Assembly: GCA_021323395.1 (NCBI GenBank)
Contig: JAJONL010000002.1
Location: 12,621-76,620, forward strand
From: Nitrospira sp.
GTDB taxonomy: Bacteria > Nitrospirota > Nitrospiria > Nitrospirales > Nitrospiraceae
Length of the DNA: 64,000 nucleotides
Reading direction: 5' to 3'
In this document: one piece after another, positions 19,593 through 34,448 of the stretch
Numbering within the stretch: position 1 is the first letter of the stretch
Layout of the letters: the number at the start of each line of letters is the position of its first letter
The notes under the pieces: model-generated
What the model was told of the DNA's origin: nothing
What the model saw: only the letters and a program-made list of their open reading frames with translations
Database searches by the model: none
Made by a program: the position numbers and the translations under genes

Positions 19593-20225
19593 CTATGATG
19601 AAACAAGCCTGACGGCCTGCACGAAGGCGCGCATCTTCTCGTGATGTTTCTTGCCCGGACTTGCTTCGACTCCGCTGCTGACATCCACCCCGTAGGGATG
19701 AACCCTGTTGATCGCTTGGGAGACATTTTCAGGCGTGAGACCCCCGGCCAGCAGAATGGTGGCGGCTGATACGGCCTCGGCGGCCAGCGACCAATCGGCC
19801 ACCAGGCCCGTGCCTCCATAGGCTTCGGGAGAAAATGCATCGAGGAGAAATCCCCGCACGCCGGCCCGGCCTTGAAACTCAGCCAGGGCGAGAAACGATC
19901 GGCGATCCTTAAGACGAATGGCCTTGAGCACCGGCCGCCCGAGAGCCTCACAGTAGGCCGCAGTTTCATCGCCATGGAGTTGCGCCAAGACCAGTCCGCA
20001 CCCGTCCATCACATCCCGGACCACTTTGGAATCTTCATTGACGAATACCCCAATCGGCAGCACAAACGGAGGGAGCGTCTTCACGATCGCCCTGACGACC
20101 GCCGCCTCCGCGCAACGCGGGCTTTGTTTATGGAACACAAACCCCACCGCATCGGCGCCGGCTTCGACCGCCACCGCCGCATCCTCGGCGTTCGTCAGGC
20201 CGCAAATCTTGACCTTGACCATCAT
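19593..20225 (-). CDS. trpF: Phosphoribosylanthranilate isomerase
   Basis: [41 protein letters not shown]. Confidence 0.97.
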   Translation of the reverse strand: MMVKVKICGLTNAEDAAVAVEAGADAVGFVFHKQSPRCAEAAVVRAIVKTLPPFVLPIGVFVNEDSKVVRDVMDGCGLVLAQLHGDETAAYCEALGRPVLKAIRLKDRRSFLALAEFQGRAGVRGFLLDAFSPEAYGGTGLVADWSLAAEAVSAATILLAGGLTPENVSQAINRVHPYGVDVSSGVEASPGKKHHEKMRAFVQAVRLVSS

Positions 20226-20229
20226 GGCC

Positions 20230-20544
20230 TCAGCAGCTCTGCTTGCTTTTCTGCATGCCGTAAAATCCGCGATAGGACCAGGCACAGACCTGGCCCTTAT
20301 CGTTGAAGGTCAGTCCGATCAGGTCCTGCCGCCCGTCCTGCTGAGGAACCGACCATTCGCAGACTTCGCCACCGTCCTTGAAGGAATGGCACCTGGTGGG
20401 AATGCCCATTTCCTTGATGCGGTCGTCTTTGCTGCTCCCCATCCAGGAGTCCCACTTGGGCGAGTATTCATGAATTTCCTGGTTGAGGCAGCCCGCGATC
20501 GCCAGCAATACCGCCCCCACAATGACCGCGACCCGATGCGTCAT
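20230..20544 (-). CDS. Small Cys-containing lipoprotein inside the trp operon
   Basis: Lipobox IAGC; ATGA overlap with the trpC stop and 4 nt from the trpF start. Confidence 0.75.
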   Translation of the reverse strand: MTHRVAVIVGAVLLAIAGCLNQEIHEYSPKWDSWMGSSKDDRIKEMGIPTRCHSFKDGGEVCEWSVPQQDGRQDLIGLTFNDKGQVCAWSYRGFYGMQKSKQSC

Positions 20545-21365
20545 GGCTTTTCCTTTTCTGTGTCGTCGCCCAGCAACTCACGCATCTTTGTTCCGATATC
20601 TTGGGCTCTGATGAGCGACTCTCCGATCAACATGGCATGGACGCCGGCCTCCAGCAGGCGCAGGACGTCGTCCCGCTTGCGAATGCCGCTCTCACTCACA
20701 ATTAACTTGTCGCCGGGGATGCGTTTCGCCAGTCGGAACGTGACCGCGAGGTCGGTGGCGAACGTCTTGAGGTCCCGATTGTTGATGCCGATCATCCGTA
20801 TGTCGGGTAACCATTCCAGCACCGTATCCAATTCTCGCTCGTGATGCGTCTCCACGAGCACGTCCAGCGAGAGTTCCCTGGCCAGCGCCGCGAAGTCGAT
20901 CAATTGCCGTCGCTCCAAACCGGCCACAATCAACAAGACGGCATCCGCGCCAAAGGCGCGGGCTTCGTAGAACTGAATGTCTGCTACCATGAACTCTTTG
21001 TTCAGCGCCGGCAGCCCCACCTTCCGCTTGACCTCGGCCAGGTCGTCGAGACTTCCCTGAAAAAAATCCTTATCCGTCAGCACAGAGACCGCGGCGGCGC
21101 CATGCGTCCGGTACCCCTCCGCGATGGTGACCGGCTCGAACCGCTGCGCGAACTCAGGCCGCAAAAGCCCCAGGCTTGGCGAAGCTTTTTTTACTTCCGC
21201 GATGAGGGCAGGTTTCGTGGCCGTGCGGCGCGCATCGAGACTCACGGCAAAGCCCATCGTGGGTCCGGCATCCCGGATTTTGTTCTTGAGATCCGCGAGG
21301 TACCCGCGGCTGTTTTTGTGCCGAAGTTCAGCCTTTTTATGTTCGAGGATTTGATCGAGAATCAC
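20541..21365 (-). CDS. trpC: Indole-3-glycerol phosphate synthase
   Basis: LIAEVKKASPS, SVLTDKDFFQGS, GADAVLLI, IGINNRDL, VSESGI. Confidence 0.97.
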   Translation of the reverse strand: MILDQILEHKKAELRHKNSRGYLADLKNKIRDAGPTMGFAVSLDARRTATKPALIAEVKKASPSLGLLRPEFAQRFEPVTIAEGYRTHGAAAVSVLTDKDFFQGSLDDLAEVKRKVGLPALNKEFMVADIQFYEARAFGADAVLLIVAGLERRQLIDFAALARELSLDVLVETHHERELDTVLEWLPDIRMIGINNRDLKTFATDLAVTFRLAKRIPGDKLIVSESGIRKRDDVLRLLEAGVHAMLIGESLIRAQDIGTKMRELLGDDTEKEKP

Positions 21366-21372
21366 GATGACA

Positions 21373-22386
21373 CTATGCCTTGTTTGTAAAGTCGATGAGC
21401 GCGTCCAATTTATCCATTGCTGCTCCTGTCTCGATTGTTCGTTGGGCCAGCTGAAATCCTTCCTGCAGGGTCTTCACCTTGCGTCCGGCTACCAGCGCCG
21501 GCGCCGCGTTCAGGCACACGATGTCGCGTTTAGGCCCCTTCCGTCCACGAAGAATATCGCGGGTGATGACCGCATTGTCTTCCGCTGTACCGCCCACCAG
21601 TTCCTTCGGATTGACCCGCTGCAAGCCGAACTCCGATGGTTCGACAAGGTATGTGGAAACGACACCGGCCTTACCTTCTGAGATCCTGGTTCGATCCGTC
21701 ACGGTGATCTCGTCCAGCCCATCCATGCCGTGGACCACGAAACAATGTTGAGCCCCCACCCTGAGCAGTACTTGGGCCAACAACTCCGTCAGTCCCGCAT
21801 CAAATACTCCGACGACCTGCAGCCGAGCCCCTGCGGGATTCGTCAGCGGCCCGAGGATATTCAACAGGGTGCGGATTCCCAACTCCCTCCTGGGCGCGGC
21901 GCAATGTTTCATGGCGCTGTGATAGAGCGGGGCAAAGAGAAACCCAATCCCGACCTCATTCACGCAATCCGCCACGCGCTCAGGTGAGAGATCGATCTGA
22001 ACACCCAGCGCCGCCAACACGTCGGCACTGCCGCACCTGGACGACACCGAGCGATTACCATGCTTCGCCACTGTTAAACCGGCCCCTGCCACGACAAATG
22101 CCGCCGTGGTCGAAATATTGAAGGTATGGGCGCCATCGCCGCCGGTCCCGCAGGTATCCACTACCTGAGCATCGCCTACCCGAATCTTAACGGCACGAGC
22201 CCGCATGGCCTGCACGGAACCGGCAATTTCCTCGACCGTTTCGCCCTTCATCCGCAGGCCCATGAGGTAGGCCGCGATCTGCGCGGGACTCGCCGTGCCG
22301 TCCATGATTTCACCCATGACGGTGTCGGCTTCCTGTTCGGTGAGATTGGCCCGGTCGGCCAGTTTTTGGAGCGCGTCTTTGATCAT
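21373..22386 (-). CDS. trpD: Anthranilate phosphoribosyltransferase
   Basis: DTCGTGGD, FNISTT, AKHGNRSVSS, GSADVL, NILGPLTNP, GLDEI. Confidence 0.97.
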   Translation of the reverse strand: MIKDALQKLADRANLTEQEADTVMGEIMDGTASPAQIAAYLMGLRMKGETVEEIAGSVQAMRARAVKIRVGDAQVVDTCGTGGDGAHTFNISTTAAFVVAGAGLTVAKHGNRSVSSRCGSADVLAALGVQIDLSPERVADCVNEVGIGFLFAPLYHSAMKHCAAPRRELGIRTLLNILGPLTNPAGARLQVVGVFDAGLTELLAQVLLRVGAQHCFVVHGMDGLDEITVTDRTRISEGKAGVVSTYLVEPSEFGLQRVNPKELVGGTAEDNAVITRDILRGRKGPKRDIVCLNAAPALVAGRKVKTLQEGFQLAQRTIETGAAMDKLDALIDFTNKA

Positions 22387-22392
22387 TCCGGG

Positions 22393-22423
22393 AACCGATG
22401 ACCGGCGACCGCTGGTCGATGGT
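22393..22423. repeat. Heptamer-period imperfect hairpin in the trpG-trpD spacer
   Basis: CGATGAC CGGCGAC CGCTGGT CGATGGT; self-complementary ends. Confidence 0.45.
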
Positions 22424-22428
22424 TGCGG

Positions 22429-22992
22429 CTACAACTTGAGGAAGTTTCGCAGCAGCTCCTTGCCAGCAGTGGTGAGGATCGACTCAGGATGGAATTGCAC
22501 CCCTTCGATACCCAGGGTCTTGTGCCGCATCCCCATAATCTCGCCCTCGGCCGTTTCGGCGCTGATCTGAAAACAATCCGGCAGCGTCTTACGATTCACG
22601 ATGAGCGAATGGTAGCGTGTGGCCTCGAAGGGATTGGGCAGATTGCGAAAGATCGTGCGGCCGTCGTGGCGAACCATCGACGTCTTGCCGTGCATGAGAC
22701 GCTCGGCCCGGATCACTTCACCGCCGAAGGCGACCGCGAGGGATTGATGACCAAGGCAGACTCCCAACAATGGCAACTTGCCGCCGAAATATTGGATGGC
22801 CTCCACCGAGATACCGGCTTCCTTCGGCGTGCAGGGCCCTGGTGAAATGACCAGGCGGCGTGGCTTCAGCGCTTCGATGTCCGACAGGGAAATCTTGTCA
22901 TTGCGATACACCTGAACATCTTCGCCTAGTTCACCGAAATACTGGACGAGGTTGTAGGTAAACGAGTCGTAATTATCGATCATTACCAACAT
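22429..22992 (-). CDS. trpG: Anthranilate synthase component II (glutamine amidotransferase)
   Basis: [37 protein letters not shown]; start at ATG 22992. Confidence 0.95.
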   Translation of the reverse strand: MLVMIDNYDSFTYNLVQYFGELGEDVQVYRNDKISLSDIEALKPRRLVISPGPCTPKEAGISVEAIQYFGGKLPLLGVCLGHQSLAVAFGGEVIRAERLMHGKTSMVRHDGRTIFRNLPNPFEATRYHSLIVNRKTLPDCFQISAETAEGEIMGMRHKTLGIEGVQFHPESILTTAGKELLRNFLKL

Positions 22993-23000
22993 AAGGAACC

Positions 23001-23090
23001 TCAAGAGCCGATAGCTAATGGCTGATAGCTGAGAATCATGCGATTTTCCGATCCGCCTTCCATCGGCCATCTGCCATACGCCATCAGCTC
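23001..23090. repeat. Heptamer-built inverted repeat in the trpE-trpG spacer
   Basis: GCCGATAGCTAATGGCTGATAGCTGA arm against GCCATCTGCCATACGCCATCAGCTC arm; 22-bp identity with 10363-10384. Confidence 0.75.
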
Positions 23091-23095
23091 TTCCT

Positions 23096-24592
23096 TCATT
23101 CCAGCCCCTGCTCCGCCAGCTCGATCGCTTTCATCATCGCCCGCGCCTTGTTGCAGGTCTCCTCGTACTCATGCTCGGGAATCGAATCGGCCACGATGCC
23201 CGCTCCGGCCTGGATATAGGCCTGTCGCCCTTTGATCACGACGGTTCGAATGTTGATACAGAGATCCATGTTGCCGGAGAATCCGAAATACCCCACCGCG
23301 CCGGCATAGGGTCCCCGTCGCGCCGGCTCCAATTCCTCGATGATCTGCATGGCGCGGATTTTGGGAGCGCCGGAGACGGTCCCGGCGGGAAAGCAGGCCC
23401 GCATGACATCGTACACCGACTTGCCCCTTTCCAGTTCCCCCGTCACTTGTGACACGATATGCATGACATGGGAATAGCGTTCGACCTGCATCAGCGACTC
23501 CACCTTCACTGAGCCCCGCGCCGCCACCCGCCCCATATCATTCCGTCCCAGGTCCACCAGCATGACATGCTCGGCGCGCTCTTTGTCGTCGGCCAATAGC
23601 TGTCGAGCGAGTTCCTGATCTTCTTCCGAGGTCTGGCCGCGACGACGGGTGCCGGCAATGGGGCGCAACGAAATGTGTCCGTCCTCGCAGCGAACCAACG
23701 TCTCGGGCGAAGACCCCACCAGTTCCACCCCGGCCACACGCAAGTAATACATATAGGGCGAGGGATTGATCACCCGCAGCGCCCGGTAGAGCTGAAACGG
23801 CGCCGTATGAATTTGCGTTTCCCACCGCTGAGACAGCACCGCCTGCACGATGTCGCCGGCGCGGATATATTCCTTCGTTCGCACGACCATCTTTTCGAAG
23901 TCCGCCCTGTTCATGTTCGGCGTGAAGGTAATGGGCTTTCGACGTCGTTTCTGACGAGGTTGCCGCACCGGCCGTTTCAAGCGCGCGATCATCTTTTCGA
24001 TGCGCGCCGTAGCATGGCGGTAGGCGTCGCGTATGTCGCGTTCCTTGGTCGATTCCACATAGGCATTGGCGACGACCTTGATCTTCTGGGCCACATTGTC
24101 GAAGATCAGCAGCGTATCGGTCAGCAGAAAGGCGAAGTCCGGCAGGCCAAGGCTGTCCTTGCGTAGAGCGGGGAGCGCTTCGAACGTCCTGACCATATCG
24201 TAGCTAAAGTACCCGACGGCCCCCCCCACGAACCGTGGCAGTCCCGGCACGGTCACCGGGCGGTATTCCTCCATCAATTCGCGCAAGCGCTCCAGCGGGT
24301 TACCGCGGCTTTGAAGCAACAGGCTTTTCTTCCCGCTGGTCAGTCGCAGGTCGCCATTTTCTTCATGAATGACCGTTGAAGAGCCGCTGCCTAAAAATGA
24401 ATAGCGCGCCCAATTCTCTCCGCCCTCGACACTCTCCAACAGGTAGGCGGTCGGTCCATGGTCGATCTTGGCGAAGGCCGACACGGGCGTTTCATAGTCC
24501 GCCAAAATTTCCCGATACAGCGGAATCAGGTTGCCGTCCGCCGCCAGGTCGCGAAATGTATCCAACGTCAGAGAATAGCGAGGTCTGTTCAT
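23096..24592 (-). CDS. trpE: Anthranilate synthase component I
   Basis: [75 protein letters not shown]. Confidence 0.95.
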   Translation of the reverse strand: MNRPRYSLTLDTFRDLAADGNLIPLYREILADYETPVSAFAKIDHGPTAYLLESVEGGENWARYSFLGSGSSTVIHEENGDLRLTSGKKSLLLQSRGNPLERLRELMEEYRPVTVPGLPRFVGGAVGYFSYDMVRTFEALPALRKDSLGLPDFAFLLTDTLLIFDNVAQKIKVVANAYVESTKERDIRDAYRHATARIEKMIARLKRPVRQPRQKRRRKPITFTPNMNRADFEKMVVRTKEYIRAGDIVQAVLSQRWETQIHTAPFQLYRALRVINPSPYMYYLRVAGVELVGSSPETLVRCEDGHISLRPIAGTRRRGQTSEEDQELARQLLADDKERAEHVMLVDLGRNDMGRVAARGSVKVESLMQVERYSHVMHIVSQVTGELERGKSVYDVMRACFPAGTVSGAPKIRAMQIIEELEPARRGPYAGAVGYFGFSGNMDLCINIRTVVIKGRQAYIQAGAGIVADSIPEHEYEETCNKARAMMKAIELAEQGLE

Positions 24593-24612
24593 TCCGTCAC
24601 AGGGCGAGAGAA

Positions 24613-25296
24613 CTATGGTTTACCGACGATCAACTTCTGCCCGACTTCGATGTTGTCCTTCGTCAGGTTATTCCACTTGCGTAACTTGTCGAGCCCGACA
24701 TGATACTTCTGACCGATACGATAGAGAGTGTCGCCCGCTCGAACCGTATGGGTATTGCCGGCCTCGGCAGATTGGTCGGCGATGAAGGCATCCAGGGCTG
24801 TGGACTCCTGGCCGAGAAGATCTTTGGGGGATTCCATCTTCGAATCTGAGGACGCATCGCTCTTCAACACCTCGTCGACGGCGGTTGAAAAATCCCTTTT
24901 CGGCGCCTGCGCAGCCTTTTTCCCCTTTGATGGAACGGTGGTCAGACGCTTCATGTCTTCATGCGCGCGCTTCTCCAGCAGCGTGGCTTCCTTCATCGCC
25001 TGAGCTTCTTCTTGAATCTGGGCCGCCTGCTGACGCACCGCTTCCACCTGGGCGCCGAGTTCGCGATTGCGCGCTTCGTAATCGGAGAGCTCCCGTTTGG
25101 TTCGTTTCACTTCGCTATCGAGTTCTGAGCTCCGCTTTTCCTCCTGCGCCAGGAGACGCTGGAAGTTCAAGCTTCGCGCCTTCTCGGCTTCGTACTTTTC
25201 CGACATCACGCATCCGCCCAGGGTCAGGCTGCCTAGGACCAGCAACCCGATGGGAACTCCTGCTGCGCGTCTCACCTGTCCGTTACGATCGCTCAT
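24613..25296 (-). CDS. Lipoprotein with coiled coil and C-terminal LysM domain
   Basis: Lipobox LGGC; E/Q/K/A-rich heptads; [32 protein letters not shown]. Confidence 0.85.
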   Translation of the reverse strand: MSDRNGQVRRAAGVPIGLLVLGSLTLGGCVMSEKYEAEKARSLNFQRLLAQEEKRSSELDSEVKRTKRELSDYEARNRELGAQVEAVRQQAAQIQEEAQAMKEATLLEKRAHEDMKRLTTVPSKGKKAAQAPKRDFSTAVDEVLKSDASSDSKMESPKDLLGQESTALDAFIADQSAEAGNTHTVRAGDTLYRIGQKYHVGLDKLRKWNNLTKDNIEVGQKLIVGKP

Positions 25297-25531
25297 TATG
25301 TCGCTCCTTGGCTGCTTCGATAGTGAGGCTCGGCTCCGAAGAGTGTCAAAGGGACAATGGGGGTTCGCCCGCCCCGCCGGCACGACCGGAGAAAGTGGTA
25401 AGAATACGGTCCAAGGCAGCGAAAGTCAAAGTGAAATAGGCCGAGGTTCGTTTGACCCTCTCCCCACCCCTATGCTACGGTCGCAAAAGATTTTCGGTCC
25501 GCCCATTATCCAAACGGCAAGTACGAAGACC

Positions 25532-26484
25532 ATGTCATCCAACGCACCACCGGCGGCATCTCGAACGCTCACCATCGAGGGCATCACCCTGCACCTCGCG
25601 CAACCCATGACCATGGGCCAAGATTGGATCGGAAACCGGGAAATTCTCAAACAATTGCTGGCCTGTTGGCTGGTCATCGACGAACGCGACTTGCCCCTGT
25701 CTCCACGGATCACCGGGCAACCAGGCATCGGCAAGACCACCCTGGCAATGGCCGGAGCCCACGAGCGCAAACAAAGTCTGTATATCTTTCAATGTACGGC
25801 GGATACGCGCCCCGAAGACTTGCTGATCACGCCTGTGTTGGCTGAATCCGGCGCCATCACCTACCATGCTTCTCCCTTGGTGACCGCGGTGCTCACCGGC
25901 AGCATCTGCGTGCTGGACGAAGGCAACCGGATGAATGAGAAGAGTTGGGCCTCCCTGGCTCCCCTGTTGGACCATCGGCGCTGCGTAGAATCGATCATCG
26001 CCGGAATCCTGATCAGGGCCCATGCGGATTTTCGCTGCTGTGTGACGATGAACGAGGATGCCTCGACCTATGAGGTGCCGGACTATATTTTATCGCGCTT
26101 GCAGCCGACGCTGGGCATGGGATTCCCCGCCCGTGAGGATGAGTTGGCGATTCTACGCTACCACCTGCCATTCGCTCCGGCGGAGATGCTGGCCATGACC
26201 GTCGAATTCCTCCAGGAAGCGCACCAGCTCAGTCTCGACTATTCGGTGCGCGATGGGATTCACCTGCTGCAATATGCCCTGAAACGTCGCGCGCAAGATC
26301 CGACCGATCCGCTCTCGGCCGATGCCGCCTGGCGAGAATCCCTGATCAAGGTCCTCGGTGAGGAAGCCCTCGATTTACCGACCCAGTCGCGTCGGCGGAA
26401 ACGCGCCCTCGGTGATCAGGCCTTGCCGCAAGGCTTGGGCGATTTTTTCTTCGAAAGCGATGACCCTCTACATCCCGGCCGATA

Positions 26485-26485
<1 letters not shown>
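25532..26485 (+). CDS. MoxR/CbbQ/NorQ-type AAA+ ATPase
   Basis: Walker [21 protein letters not shown], Walker [21 protein letters not shown]. Confidence 0.88.
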
Positions 26486-31688
<5,203 letters not shown>

Positions 31689-31951
31689 AAGACCTATCGA
31701 GGGTAAAAGGACCGGACAAAGTTATGGCTGTGAATAGTGGGCTCTTGGATCAGTTCGGAGCCCGTGGTCCGAACTGCAAGACTTGCTTTCAGGCGTGAGA
31801 AGATGACCGGATACGGTCCTCTCGGGTCACTGTCGTCCATCACCTATACAATTAGCACAGGCAGACAGACGCATCAAGGGTTAGCATGTTTGCCCTCTCG
31901 GCGCTCTCCATGACCATGCCTCATGGTCGGACTCCGTTTCGGCATCGGTCG

Positions 31952-32647
31952 TTACGGATTCGCAATGGGCAAGGACGACGTGTCATCACGGATGATGAAG
32001 GGATCGCTGTCCAACCAGCTTCTCAGATATGCCGCAGCCTGTTCCGCCGCAGGCTCCGACTGGAAGCGACCGGCATAGACCCGATAGCGACGGCCCTCGG
32101 GCAGATCGATGGCCGTCACCTTGGAACCGGGATACCGCGCCTTAAGCCGGTCGGCCAGAAGATGGGCGTTCGCAGGGTCCGCAAAGGAGCCTACTTGCAC
32201 CCGTAACACTCCGGCTTCGCCGATTCTTCCTTGATACTGGACGACTCGCAGCTCAACGTCGTCGGTGCCGCGTCCGAGCATTCCCATTGCCTGGGCGCCG
32301 GCGAACGACAAATCGAGAATCCTTCCGCGCGCGAATGGACCCCGGTCGTTGATCCGCACGGTGACCTGACGGCCGGTGGTCAAAGATCGCACTTCAGCCA
32401 CGGACCCGAGCGGTAATGTCCGATGGGCGGCCGTCAGCTGGTGCATGTCGTACACCTCACCGTTCGCGGTGCGATTGCCGTGGAAACCCGGTCCGTACCA
32501 GGAAGCGCTTCCCCGTTCGACAAATCCCAGCGGATACCCAGGCGGATAGGACGGGCGTAGCGCGGTCGGACCGGAACAGCCGCTGACCCACGCGGTGAGA
32601 AAAAGAAGGAGAAGAAGACCGGTGGTTTCTGTTCCCTTCCTCTCCAT
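31952..32647 (-). CDS. rlpA: Septal ring lytic transglycosylase with SPOR domain
   Basis: Lipobox VSGC; GSASWYG, TANGEVYD, TAAHRTLP, VRINDRGPF, ILDLS; SPOR VQVGSF. Confidence 0.93.
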   Translation of the reverse strand: MERKGTETTGLLLLLFLTAWVSGCSGPTALRPSYPPGYPLGFVERGSASWYGPGFHGNRTANGEVYDMHQLTAAHRTLPLGSVAEVRSLTTGRQVTVRINDRGPFARGRILDLSFAGAQAMGMLGRGTDDVELRVVQYQGRIGEAGVLRVQVGSFADPANAHLLADRLKARYPGSKVTAIDLPEGRRYRVYAGRFQSEPAAEQAAAYLRSWLDSDPFIIRDDTSSLPIANP

Positions 32648-32657
32648 GAAGAAATCG

Positions 32658-33068
32658 TTAAAATTCGTCGAGTGACTGGGTGCGGAGAACGCCGAGCGCC
32701 TTGGTGGTATTCGACACGGTCAACACCACGATGGCGCGTTTGCCCTCCCGTGACGGGGTGCAGTATCCACACTTCACATTGATGCGGGCTCTGGTCAATG
32801 AATCCGCCACCTGCTTCAATGCTCCGGGCTTGTTCTCCAGGCTCAAAATGAGCGCCGTCTCTTCACGGAACTTGATTTTGGATTTTCTCAGCGCGATCCG
32901 AGCGGCGTCCACATCCGCCACGATGAGCCGAAGCTTTCCCGTTCCCGTGACCTCCGGCGCGGAAAACGCTTTGATATTGACCCCTGCTGCCCCCAGCACT
33001 GCCGCGACCTGCGCCAGAACGCCGGGTTTACTCTGTCCGCTCACCACAAATTGCGTCGTTGTCGGCAT
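32658..33068 (-). CDS. Tandem ACT-domain protein
   Basis: Two repeats: KPGVLAQVAAVLGAAGVNI and NKPGALKQVADSLTRARINV; GGAG RBS. Confidence 0.85.
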   Translation of the reverse strand: MPTTTQFVVSGQSKPGVLAQVAAVLGAAGVNIKAFSAPEVTGTGKLRLIVADVDAARIALRKSKIKFREETALILSLENKPGALKQVADSLTRARINVKCGYCTPSREGKRAIVVLTVSNTTKALGVLRTQSLDEF

Positions 33069-33490
33069 AGGCTCCTCTCCCTCCGAGTCATACTATCGGC
33101 CGGTATGATGTCAGCCCTCTCTCCAGCCATTCGGCGATCATGTTTGAGAACCTGAGCCCGATTTGAGCGATCGCTTCAGGATAGACGCAGGGCTATCGAA
33201 CTGTGCGGCAATCCTCCCACACTTGACCGAATGGATCAACCCAAAGATCGAGTCAATCCGTCACCCGCACGGCCGGCGAGGGGCTCGCGACCGTGATCGA
33301 GGACCATTCATCGATCCCCTGATGAGAACCGCGCAGACGCCGGAAGGCGGGGCGCGGGCGACCAGGTTTTCTCACTACGTAATGGGGCTTTCCCATTATC
33401 ATCGCGCTGACTGTAAATTCTCTCCCTCTCTACTGCCCTCGAATTAAGAGATCCGTTCAACCGAACCTCTCTCCAGAGGTCAATTGCGTT

Positions 33491-33514
33491 CTAACTAGGG
33501 CCTTGCCTAGTTAG
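33491..33514. promoter_or_regulatory. Palindromic operator candidate, copy 1 of an 18-bp motif
   Basis: CTAACTAGG-GCCTTG-CCTAGTTAG, a perfect 9-bp inverted repeat; core CTAGGGCCTTGCCTAGTT at 33495-33512, 128 nt before the YtxH start. Confidence 0.55.
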
Positions 33515-33622
33515 AGATTCGCCTGAGCTTGTTAGACTCATCACTGCAGCAGCCAGCGTCCGCAGCAGACGTATGGCCGTCACATTTCCTGTATTCATAC
33601 GTAAAACGAAGGAGGTTGAGAC

Positions 33623-33949
33623 ATGTTCAATGAAGAATCTTCCAACTGGTCGGCGTTCGTCGCAGGCGCGTTCATCGGTGCCGGAGTCGCCTTATTATTG
33701 GCTCCTCAATCGGGATCGGAGCTGCGGTCCTCCCTGCGTGACTACGCATCAAGGGCGAAGGACGAACTCGACGAGGCCACCGAACAGGGGCGAGCGGCGT
33801 GGGACACGGCCGTCGAGCGGGGACAGGAATACGTCGAAGGCGGAAAGCAGGCCCTGCGGAACGCCGGTCGCGCCGCACGCGAGTTCGTCGACGAGACCGC
33901 GCAGACGGCGGAAAAGGCAGCCGCCGAGGCTACGTCCCGACGAGGATAA
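33623..33949 (+). CDS. YtxH-domain (general-stress) protein
   Basis: AFVAGAFIGAGVALLLAPQSGSELR; AAGGAGG RBS. Confidence 0.88.
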   Translation: MFNEESSNWSAFVAGAFIGAGVALLLAPQSGSELRSSLRDYASRAKDELDEATEQGRAAWDTAVERGQEYVEGGKQALRNAGRAAREFVDETAQTAEKAAAEATSRRG

Positions 33950-34010
33950 AGCTCATTGTGTCGCATATCGGCTTTACGTCCTTCACAAGGAGTAAGGCCA
34001 TAACTGGAGG

Positions 34011-34325
34011 ATGACTATTATGATCAGCCGTCTCGCTTGCATTGCGCTCGCATTCACCTTTCTTTCCGTAGTGGGTTGCCAGTCCACCACGGGAAAGACC
34101 GCCGGACAAACGATCGATGACGCGACCATTACGGCCTCGGTGCAGTCCAAACTCTCTTCCGATCGTCTCTCCAATTTCTCTCGGATTGACGTCGACACGG
34201 AACGCGGGGTCGTGACGCTCAACGGCGTCGTAAAATCGGCGGATCAAAAAGTCCGGGTCGCGGAAATGGCCCGGGGAGTGAACGGCGTCAGGAGCGTCAA
34301 CAACAACTTGCAGGTCCAACCATAA
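34011..34325 (+). CDS. BON-domain (OsmY-like) lipoprotein
   Basis: Lipobox VVGC; DDATITASVQSKL..IDVDTERGVVTLNGVV..VNGVRSVNNNLQV. Confidence 0.92.
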   Translation: MTIMISRLACIALAFTFLSVVGCQSTTGKTAGQTIDDATITASVQSKLSSDRLSNFSRIDVDTERGVVTLNGVVKSADQKVRVAEMARGVNGVRSVNNNLQVQP

Positions 34326-34351
34326 CGGTCCCTCAACCAAGGACGCGTTCG

Positions 34352-34404
34352 AGCATCGTTGCAGACGCCGGCCGCGCCAGGGCCGGCGTCTCGACGAAGA
34401 TGCT
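34352..34404. other. Strong intergenic hairpin without a U-tract
   Basis: AGACGCCGGCC (34363-34373) and GGCCGGCGTCT (34381-34391) form a perfect 11-bp stem, extended by AGCATC/GATGCT. Confidence 0.6.
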
Positions 34405-34448
34405 TCTGAGAAACGCCGTATGAGGATTGTGATTAGCCAAGGAGGCTT

